DNA of 40,414 bases, taken from NCBI GenBank assembly GCA_900617105.1, contig UYFQ01000831.1, positions 1 to 40,414 of the forward strand, in the 5' to 3' direction. The DNA is from Hydrurus foetidus. Its lineage: Eukaryota. The notes below the pieces were generated by a model, which did not search any database, had not been told where the DNA came from, and was given only the letters and a program-made list of their open reading frames with translations. Position numbers and translations under genes: made by a program. This document shows positions 24,482-35,900 of this stretch, in pieces (the stretch's first letter is position 1; every line of letters begins with the position of its first letter).

Positions 24482-27400
24482 CCTCCCTCCCCTACATTTC
24501 CGCTCACTCCCTATCTACCCCTCTCACCATCCCTCTATCTCACCTGAGTCGCTAGCGTATCCTCCTCTCATGCGCTGCCGTCTATCGGTTTCGTTTTTCT
24601 CCGACAATCCTTTTTGAAGCATTTCTTCGTAATCTTCTTCCTCGTCTAATTCAATGAATTAGCATCAAATAACGTTATTTATTAGTTTGCTTTCTTCCGC
24701 TTAATACAATAAGAAACAAACTGAAGAGAGAAAGACATGAGTAAATTCTATAAGAAAGAGATTAGCACCTAATTCTGGTCCGTCATTTTTGGCGTTGTTT
24801 TTGGTATCGAAGTCGTCTCTTCCCGCAGTCAATTTATCAAAAGCGTATTTTCCCTTCTTGTTTGCTTGACGGACTGTAAAAGAAAAAAGAAAATAAAAAA
24901 ATGATATGAATAGTGAGGAATCAAAAAAAGTAAAAAAAAATTGTAAGATGAATGCACATTTTTTTTTTTGTGAGAATAAAGTAGTGTATGTACGTACGTG
25001 ATTCATGTCCCATTGTAACAGCTGTAATTACTTTGCGAGTATTGGCCCTGTTGGAAAATGAAAAGTGGTAGAAATGAGGTACATTGAGAGATGGAGAGAA
25101 AGTAAAGAAGTAGAGAAAGAGGTGGAGAGAGAAGTCGGGAGAGGAAGAGAAACGGATAGCGAAAGGTGAGAGAAGAGGATAAAAAAGAGGTAGAGAAAAA
25201 GAAGGTGACAAGAGAAAGGAAAAGGTGGAGGAACATGAAAAAGAAAAAAAGAATTACTTACTGTTACCTGTCATCTTCTCTTTCTTGTTCGATCCTCGCC
25301 TGTCTTCCTCTCTCTTCGTCCCCTTCATCGTCACTCAGATCGTCAACAATGTGATCAAAATCTCCATCCCGTATTTTCAAGGCGTTCTGTTGTTTTATAT
25401 TATAATTGTTAGTTTGGATATTATAGCTGTTGATGAATACAATTTAATTGCAAATATACGGTATACAATATACCATTCGCTATACAATATACAATTAATA
25501 TAGTTGTAAATATACATGAATTAGTAACAAAAAAAATCACGAGAAAAAATACCAAGATAAGTAAAAATTCAAATAAAAAACAGACGAAATCAATGTAAAA
25601 AGTGTACACAAGCATACGTGAGCAATTTAAAATGCCACTTACTCGTTCATCATCTTTATCTTTGAATAAAGAAGTGTTGCCGAATCCGAAATCTCCCAGT
25701 CCGGTCTGTGCGCCATCTTCTTCTTCCTCGTCGGCCTCAGCTTCGATTAATGAAGATCTCTGAAATGAGTGGGAGAGGAAAAGGAAGAGGGAGGGTGAGG
25801 GAGAGGAAAGAGGGAAAAAGGGAGAGAATCCAGGAGGAAAAAGGGAGTCTACTAGCAAATAATCAAAATGGAATAAACAAAACAGTTAATAAACTGAAGA
25901 CCTTATATAAGACTAGAATGCACCTTTTTATTATGTTGTTTTTCCTCCTGCTCCAGCATTTTTCTGTAAGCTGAGTTTTTATCTTTATTCTTCTTCTTTT
26001 TCATCATATCTTTTTGTCTCTCTTTCTCCTCTTCATCTTCTTCTCCATCTTTATCATTATCATCGTTCTTTTCATCACTTTCGTTCTCATCTTTTTCCAG
26101 TTCTTTCATTTTCGCTCCTTCTTCATTTTCATCAACCATATCACTTTCATTACTATTTTCAATCTTCTCTTCCTCCCCTTCATTCTCTATCTCATCTCCA
26201 ATACTATTACTGCTTCTCCCGATTTCACTACTGTTTCTCTTCCTATCCAATTTCTCACGGTTTTCACTTTTTTCTATTTCACCGTTTTTCTCCTCATTTG
26301 ACCCGGATAATCCATCCCCCTCTTTTTCAGGCGAATCAACGACAACGCGTGACTTGCGGCCATATTGATGCATTTTCTTTGAATTAGATGCTGATTCAGA
26401 ATTTTCGATGCTTTTTGATTGATTTCTTTTCCCTTCATCAATTTCAATTTTTTCTTCGTTAGTTTTCAAAATCTTTTTTTCCTCACTTCCTTCCTCCTCA
26501 TCATCATCATTTCCCTCTCCCTCTCCCTCTCCTTCTCCTTCTCCCTCCTCCCCTTCCCTTCCTCATTTTCCTCGTTTTCCTCATTTTCGTTTTCATTTTC
26601 CTCATCTTCATTTTCTTCATCTTCCTCATCTGACTCTTGATTCAGTCCGTTTAATAATGCTTGTCTCTCTTCCTCGCTCATCTTCACTCCGTTATTTGGT
26701 GCTAATGTCTCATCGAATTCCTCCTCATCATTTTCCGCCTTGAAGAAATAAAAATAAAATAAAATAAAATAAAATAAAATAAAATAAAATAACTATACGA
26801 AGGTGTCAGTTACTGTCATATTAAAAAGAAGAAGAAGTTACGTTAAAAAAGATGTCACGGCATTATCGAAGTACGTCAGCTACATCAAAATATGAAGGAA
26901 ACTTAGTGCTGTAGATGACTGAACAAAATAGAAAGTGGTCAATCTTGTCAAGAAATAACTGAAGGACATTTCCGTGTACGACATTTGAAGTTGTTCGAAG
27001 ATTATTGAAATTAGTTTGAAATGATTTCAGATGTTACCTGTTGGGCGTATACTGCACGTTGCTGCTCAATTCTTAGTTCCAGTTCCTCTTGTTCTATTTG
27101 TTTCGCCAGTGCATCCTTTAAATTTTTCCGTCTTTGTTTTTCCGTCAAAAGTTCGACTAATAATCTGTACGGAAATTTGGTAAGATATTCTATTTTTTAG
27201 TGATTTTTTAAATTGAATTTATTGTAGTAAATTCACGAAGATAATAAAAAGAAAAATTTATAAATCATATCAAAAAATGGTCATACAAATGTTCATTAAT
27301 TTTTAGTACTATACCTGCATTTTTTGGCAATTTCCAGTCTCACGGATAACTCGCTTGTTTTTATGTTTTGCAATTTGCAGTAATTTTCTTTTGCTGTTAA

Positions 27401-27521
27401 TTGAACTTTTTTCCTTAATTGACTTTTTAGAGCTGAATTAAAATAAATAAAAAATAAAAAATGAAAAAATAAATAAATAAATAAATAAATAAATAAATAT
27501 GTAAACAAATAAGTAAATAAG

Positions 27522-27572
<51 letters not shown>

Positions 27573-30500
27573 GGAAGTAAATGATGTATGATTAATTGAA
27601 AAATTAGACGACAGATTCAAATGATTTGATTGAGAAAAAAATGCAAGCAAAACTGAACTAAGAAATAAGAAGTACAGAGCATTTCATTTTAGACAAAAAT
27701 TGGTAAATAAATCATGACAACAACCGTAGCAAGAGCAATAATAATAAAGGTAATAAAAATAGTAATAGTAATAATTATTATAATAATAAAAATAACAGTA
27801 ATAATAATAATAATGATGATAATAATAATAATAATAATAAGATGATGACAGTGATATAGTTATAGTACATATAATAATACCAAAAACTGTAATTAAAACA
27901 TCTGTAACAGAAGTAACAATAACAGTAAATATGACACTCTATTTACCTTCTCTGGCGGACATGTTGTGATTCACTCTTTTCATCAAAACAGGACCTCTTG
28001 TCACCTCAATGATCTAAAATAGAGAAAAAAAAGGAAATTATATTAATGAAGGTTACTAAATAGAGAAAATGAAACATAGCAGAGAAAGAGACAGAAACAA
28101 AGTGACAAATGTGGTGACAAAAAAGTCGGAAAAAAATGACAAATCGAAAGAAATATAGAAATAAGAGTGGAATGAAAAAGGAGAATATCGAAAATCAGAA
28201 TGATAGCTCTGTATCTTTACCTCCTCCTCTTCCTCCTCCTCCTCACTGTCACTGTTACTCTCGTCGTCACTATTGTCACTTTTATCATCTTCATTTTCAT
28301 TTTCATTTTCATCTTCACTATCCGACATGTAGATAACTGCGTGTATGAAAAAAAAATATAGTGAAATAAATTAAGATATAAATTCAAATTTTAATATTTG
28401 CACATATTTTTATGCGTTTAAAAAATTCAAAAAAACTTTTAATAGTGGTGAAAAAAATCTCCACTTACTTTTTTCTTTCTGTTCGATAATTTGTGAGTTT
28501 TCCGCTTTCTCCATTTTTACCATTTTTTCTGCATGTGACGATTCAACTTCACTTTCATCATCACTCTGCTCCTCTACCTCTTCCTCTACCTCTTTTTCAT
28601 CTTCTAAAAATGACTTTGCATCTACATGTCGGTCGTTGGCATCTCGTAATCTCCCTACCGGATGAAAAACAAATAAATCAATAGTGATAAAAATATAAAC
28701 AGAACACGTGAAAGGTCCGTTAAGAAGAAGAAATATTAAGAAATTAATAGCAAAGCGAAAAACAGTAATCAATCAATCACAAAAAAATACTGAATACTAA
28801 ATACTAAATACAATATAAGAGATACAATATAAGAAAGTTAAGACAGTCAATTGTTGTGCCTGCAGAAAGCAAGGGCCAAAAGTAAGTACGTACGTTCTGA
28901 GTCTCCTAGTTTGTCGTAGATCATGTCAGATATCTCATCGTCATCTTTGGACAATAAATTGTTCAGCCATTTCTTGCACTGCCTCAACTGTAAAAAGAAG
29001 TAAAAAATGAATGATTGAATTATTTAATTCTTTTATTACAGAATGCTTCTTCGTTTATTTGTTTTACTTTTAATTTTTATTTTTATTTTTTCAATTCATA
29101 TATCATCTGTCATCACAAAAGCCAAATAAGATATGATTTTGAATAAACGAATTTCTGGTAGAAATGGTGATTATGAATTATTTAAAATGAAAAAAATAAT
29201 GACTCTGATAATCCAACATTGGTAATAAAAAAACAAAAAAAAACACAAAAACCATCATAAGTAACAAATATATAAACACATGTACGTACACAAATACGAA
29301 AATGCGTACGTACCTGTACAGCTTGTTGTTTGTACGTTAATGCTCCTGTACATTTTTTCATTTCTCTCATGGTTGCTTTATTAAGTAAATAAATTTTTTC
29401 TGCCATTTCGTCTTGATCGCTTTTGAGAAAAAGAAAAAGAAAAAAAGAAAAAAAAAAAAAGAGTTAAGAAGAAATCAATAAGTGTAGTATGTCGTGGCAA
29501 ATGAGATTTAAAAAAAAATAAGAATTGTACAAGAAACTACGAAAAAACTCAAAAAATAACTACAAAAAAACTTAAATAGGACATGTAATATCTGCCACGC
29601 AATGAAACGAATTTATTAATAATAGAATAGACATATTATTGTACCAAATAAATTTTCACCGAACTAGGAGCCACAATGTCAGTAAACAATTTGTCATGTA
29701 TGTACGTGCAGCGTAACGTACATTTCCAGTAATTTCGCTCTTCGCAAATCAGCTTCTGTGGGTCCTGCTTCGATCATTTTCTGCATCTAAAAAATGGAAG
29801 TAGCAGCAATTAAATCGTTGGTTACATTCTTATTTTTTAGTACAGAACGTAGGATGTGTAAGTTGATCAATTGGAATGGTAAGATCCATGATCTCTATTT
29901 ATTTGCACGTCCATTATATTAGAATATCAGTGAGATAATTTGTTTTAATTTCATCAAATTATTCTTACTGAGCTAATTTGAGTTAAAAAAAGTACAATAT
30001 AAAAAACATCAGTGGCAACAAGAAAAAAGAAACGGAATTAACGATTTGGTACAAACCTCCATTTCCAACTCCACTGAAGTTTTCGTCAGCTTTTCTTCTT
30101 TTTCCGCTTTTTTTCTCAATTTTTTAATTTTTTTGGCAACAATATCTCCGACTTTTTCCTGAATTTATTTTGTAATTAAAATGAAGAAATCCATCATTTG
30201 CGAAAGGATATTGAGCGATGTAGTAATAGATTATACTATTTTATTACATCGTGTAAAGTTATGATGTAAATTTCAGATAGAATAATATCATATCATTCAT
30301 CGGAGAAGATGGCAGAGAAAAGGTGTTGAAAAATTATAATAAAGAAATGCAGAGTACGATGCATTTAAGACTTTAATAGTATTACATACACAGATTAGGT
30401 ACGAGACTCACCTCATCCGAATCCACATCAAGATGATCATTGTTATCGTCACTGTCGCTACCACTGCTATCGTTATCATAATTCTCTCCCTTTTCCTTTT

Positions 30501-32411
30501 CTTCCTTCTTTCCCTCTTTTTCCTTCTTTCCCTCTTCTTCCTTCTTTCCGTCTATATAATCCTCACTCTTCACACTACCATTACCATCGCTGTCGCTATC
30601 GTCACTGTTACCCGTACTGCCTTCATCATTTCTGTTGCTTCCATCATTATCATTATCATCATCACTATCATCACTATCATTACTTCCATTGTTCTTGATG
30701 CCACTCCTTTCGTTACTGTTATCACCATTATCGTCTTTTTCATCGTTATTATCGGTAATATCATCTCCACTACTGGTACGAACATCATCTTTTTTGGTAC
30801 TGAGGTCACTGATTTCAGTGTCACCAACCACACCTCCTCTTTTCTCTACATTATGATTTATTTCTGGATCATTACTGTGATTCATTTTGTTACTCATTGC
30901 TCCAATAATTGCGGCCGCATTTATCATTTCATTGTCCTCTTCATTTTCTCCCTCATTCTCATTTCCCTTCTTATCATCCTTCTGCAACATCGCTAATATC
31001 TTCGCCACTCTCACTCTCTCTTACTACATCCCCCTCACCTTCTGTCACTCCTCCTTTCTCTACCTTCTTTTCTTCAACAATTTGCATCAAAGTAGTATTA
31101 TCTGGTGCATCTTTTTGTCCGTTTTTTCCTCTTTTTTGTTTCGGAACTTGGACTTTCATTCCATCTTTTCCCATGCTCGAAGCACGTGCTAATTTTTTCG
31201 CCTTCTTTTTCTCTTCTTTTTCTTCCGCACTTTCAATTTTCTTTTCTTTCTTTCCTTTCTTTTCTTTCTTTTTATCATCTTTCTTGACTTTTTCAATCTT
31301 CTCTTTTTTATTTTTTATTTCACCCACCATTTTTTTGGTACTTTTGCTTTTCTTTTTTCCAGAATCAGAATTACTGCCATCATCCGATCCAAATATTGGG
31401 ATGTCCCGAATATCGTCCGATTCCTAAGAAAAAAGGAACGGAGAAAAAGGAGATCAGAACATCAATAAAAATAAATACAATTATTTGGTTTTGTTGTGCT
31501 GTGTTGTACTGTATTGTACTGTATGACGGTGCATTACATTCGGCTGAATTGCGTCGTGTTGTTATGTATTTTATCGCATTGCAACTGTTACATTTTACAA
31601 TATCTATCAAGTACATTGTATTCGCGAAATTCATTGAATAATATTGTGAGCTACAGCAACCGTAATATTTTTCAGAGTTTACGACTGGTCGGAATGCAGG
31701 ATGCTAGTTCTACTAACGTGTAAGTCGAAATTTACTACTGCATGACAAATCATCACATCCACAAGGCTGGACGTCAAAGCATAATTCGCAAAGATATTGA
31801 AATAGTTTAATAGATAGAAAGAATGTTCGAACCTGTTGCTGTGTTTGTTCTGCGTCATCTTCATCATCGTCATCAATCCTATATCTATCAATTTCTGGAT
31901 CGCGATTAGATGCGCTGTCATCTTGGCCTTGAGTAGTGTCCTCTTGCCGTTCCGTTTCTTCTTCATCTTCTTCGATTTCGTTATCGCTGTCCTGACTCAT
32001 CGCCACGAATACTTGAAGTTCTTCAATGACTATTCTCGCTATCGTTGCTTTGGCGTGACTATCCACGACTCTCAAATTGATGAGCTTCATGACCTTTTCT
32101 CTCCAAGTTCGTACTGACCACGACAGACTGGCATGATCCATTATCTTCCCAACTGCGCGGCGAACATCGCTGTCGATCAACTTCTGAATCACCAAGTCGC
32201 CGTCCTGGTTTTGAGTGGACACTTCTGTATCTGGAATGCTCCTTGCAACAGAATTAATGTAAGATTTCTCGGCCTCTGACTCGCCTAATTCCATCATAAT
32301 GAAGCCATCATCATCAGCATCCTCATCGATGCGGCTATGATCATCTGATTTATCGTTCAAACTCATTTCTTCAACAAACATATCGGGGGTTGCATCAGTG
32401 TCGTACGACAT
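21168..32411 (-). CDS. Large acidic/coiled-coil protein with an MRC1/Claspin-like motif and a possible N-terminal DEK-C-like domain; multi-exon
   Basis: First exon 32411-31833 (MSYDTDA...). Many D/E/K-rich exons follow. The C-terminal-half exons read AYRKMLEQEEK..RSSLIEAEADEEEEDGAQTGLGDFGFG..DFDHIVDDLSDDEGDEE..EDDRANTRKVITAVTMGHE, resembling the MRC1-like domain (EAEESED..G.G motif). Last exon about 21538-21168. Apparent frameshifts at about 31000 and 26557. Confidence 0.65.
21866..22030. repeat. Degenerate (AAT/GAT)n microsatellite; a similar tract lies at about 27735-27880
   Basis: Directly visible, intronic. Confidence 0.85.
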
Positions 32412-32903
32412 CCTCACAGCCCGCAAAACTTGAAGCAACTGGCTGACTGACTTCGATTGTACAGATATGCTTTTGCAGTCTTTAGCCCAGCGAGACAACA
32501 GCCAATCTCCAATCTACTTTCGAAGTCAAATTGATTTTCAAATATTTTTGAAAAAGTTTAAAAATCAAAAATACAAATATTTTTTGAAAAATCTCCTTAG
32601 AGTGAATCCAGTACTAAATCTTCCAACACCAGTACTGAACACAGACTCCCTCCAAGACAACATAATTTTTTTATGAAAGTGTCCATTTGTAAGCTCTTTA
32701 CAGCAACACAAAGCGGGACAGATCGATTAAATTAATTTTAAATTGATTTGCAAAGCTTAGCTTCAATAGCTACAACCTAAGCATTCGAAATTGATACCAA
32801 AACAACATTGTTTACAATTTCCAGCACATAGGCAAGATGGAAAAACAAAATTATCTCGTGCTTGTACGTACTCCGTTCTAATTGTACGTGCGATTAGAAT
32901 TGT

Positions 32904-35900
32904 TTACATATCTTCCCATCTAATTCTTTCAATCCGTGAAAAATATTTTCCAGTGTCATTTTCTTCTTCCCTGAAATTCAGAATTCAAAATTACCAATTG
33001 GACAATATAGGATAATATTCAATTGAGCATTAAAAGTGTAGGCATTTGAGGGTTGGAATTTAGTGTGACATTTACAGATCATCAACATTTGAAAAATTGT
33101 AAAATATACATTACTTAGTTTAATCAAATCTATTTTTAACATCCTTACGAAAGGTGTGCTGCGTAAATAAATATCATTGTGTATAATGTTCACCGATGTC
33201 ATGTTAAAATTCTTCCTACCTGGAAATTCTGAAATAAAATTCAGGCATGGAAAATTCTGCCGAACTGAAAAAGAAAAAAAAGAAAAAAAAGAAAAAAAAG
33301 AAGAAAAAGGAGTGAAAAAGTAGAAATATTTCATGAAGTAATCGATCAATATACTTTTGATTAAGATGTCTGTCTAACGAGAAAAAAATGCCTGTAATTA
33401 TGATTGATTTATTAACATTCTGAGCACACATAGAGATAAGATAATTTAAGATGTTTTAAGATGTTTCTTACCTTGAAAGCTGGGTGCTAATTAATCGAAC
33501 AAAATCCTTTGAAAAAATGAAAAATAAAAAAGTAAAGTTAAGGATAATTCAATGAATGAAATGAAATGAAGTGAAATCAGCGAAGAGTAGAATTAGAAAA
33601 ATCCTGACGTAACGGTCAGAATATTGCACTTTTGCATCTTTGCATCTTCAACGCAGCACAACACAATGCTTTCAATGCAATACAACAGAATCAACAAACA
33701 AACAAATGACTCACTTCATCGTGGGTGATGCACACAAGTTGGAAGTTGTGTTGTCTTTGTCTGTTCAGAATGATCCTACTTAGCGCATGGGCTAGACCGG
33801 ATTTATTGGCTTCATCCAAACTAGAAGAAATAAACAAAGTAATGAAATAAAGATTGTAAACGAAGATAAAATATAAGAGGAGGAAGTTTAAGAAAATAAT
33901 GGATTGTAAAAAGCGGAAATAAAATGAAGAGGAGTTGACAGGAGAGGACTTTAGAAGTAAAGAAAAGAAAAAAGAAGGAGGAAAGAAAAGAAAAAAGAAG
34001 AAAAGAAAGGAAAATGAAAGGAAGAAAAAGGAAGGAGAATAAGAAATAAAAAAAGGATCAGACAATATCGATGAGAATAAAAGTAGGAATAGAAAAACAA
34101 AAAAGATGAAGTGTCGTGTAGTCGATAAGACAAAAGAAAGGGGAAAAGAAAATAGGAAAAGAAAGGGCGGAATCGATGGAAGGTGCGGCACCATAAGTGG
34201 AATAAGTCCGTACATAACGTACAAAACGTACATACACAGTATATAGCACGTACAAACAGTACGTACATGCGTACTTACTTCGTTGTAGGTTCGTCAAGTG
34301 CCAATATTCCGCAGTTCAAACAGAACGTCTCTGCTAACGCAAGTCTGAGAGTAAACGAAGTAAATAAAGAAAAGTTACAATTCACACGATTTTTTATAAT
34401 ATCCCTGAATTGATGATGAAGCATTGCAGTGCGGAAAATGCAATGAACGTCATGTGAATAATACAGTATCACACTACATTACATTACATCACATCACATC
34501 ACATCACATCACATCACACCACACCACACCACACCACATCACATCACATCACATCACATCACATCGACACACACATCACATGCACATCACAATCCACATC
34601 ACATCACATCACATCACATCACGCACATCACACACATCATCACACCACATCACATCACATCACATCACATCACACATCACATCACCACACCCATCACATC
34701 ACACCAACACCATGCATCACATCACATCACATCATCACCACATCACATCCCCATCCACATCACATCACTCACACATCACATCACATCACATCACATCACA
34801 TCACATCACATCACATCACATCACATCACATCACATCACATCACATCACATCACATCACATCACATCACATCACATCACATCACATCACACCACATCACA
34901 TCACATCACATCACATCACATCACATCACATCACATCACATCACATCACATCACACCACACCACACCACATCACACCATACTACACCTCATCTTCTCTTA
35001 TCACACCTAATGACGATAGCAGCCAGCACTCTCTGTCCTGCCGAACATCTTCCCCTCATGTCCAACGGTACATCGCCTGTCAGAATATGTAAGTGATAAT
35101 GATCGTGATTATGAGTCCTTGGAAATCACAGAAATGCACCGTCTTCACTGAAATTCAGAAAAGATCATTGGTAAGGTCTCGCGATTATTCCGATTCCGGA
35201 ATAAAATGAACTTTTCCGAAAAGCCAAAAAATTTTAAAATTTGCTGGGGTGCCACTCCCAACACCATACTAATTTTCTGTTCTTAATTATTTAGTATAGT
35301 GTGGGGAGTGGCGCCCTAGCGAATTCTAATTTTTTTGGCTTTTCGGAAAGGTTCATTTTATTCCGGAATTGTAATATCAGTATAGGATTATTCTTAGCTT
35401 ATTCATTTCCTAAAATTTAGGAAGGAAGAGTTTTCGTAACTTCATATTTCATTTTATTATCCAAACCTTTTCTCATGACCACTCTGTAGTTGTATGAACG
35501 AGAACCCTTGGCGGGAATCGAACCCACGCCAACTCCTGCAGTCGATGCATCTTGTCCCGATTCTAATTCTATCATATCTATGTCCTGTGCGTGTTTCATT
35601 TTGTATTTCTCAGTTTAATTTGTTGTGTCGTGTAGTGCTGTGTTGTGTTGTGTTGTGTAGTGTAGTGTTGTGTCGTGTTGTGTTCTTTTGTTTGTGTTGT
35701 GTTGTGTCGTATTGTGTTGTATTGTATTGTGTTATATTGTATTGTACTGTATTGTACTGTACTGTACTGTATTGTATTGTATTGTATTGTATTGTATTGT
35801 ATTGTATTGTGTTGTATTGTATTGTATTGTATTGTATTGTATTGTATTGTATTGTATTGTATTGTATTGTGTTGTGTTGTATTGTATTGTATTGTATTGT

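Noticed and set aside
25903..31427. Phe/Ser/Ile-rich + strand ORFs that look like membrane proteins
   Set aside because: Antisense shadows of the Glu/Lys/Asp-rich exons of the - strand gene.
4070..35369. Foldback elements acting as introners (intron-creating elements)
   Set aside because: None coincides with a splice boundary; all lie inside larger introns.
35490..35575. Complete tRNA gene
   Set aside because: Only a T-arm-like motif is present; there is no acceptor stem or D-arm, and it lies in a RAD50 exon.
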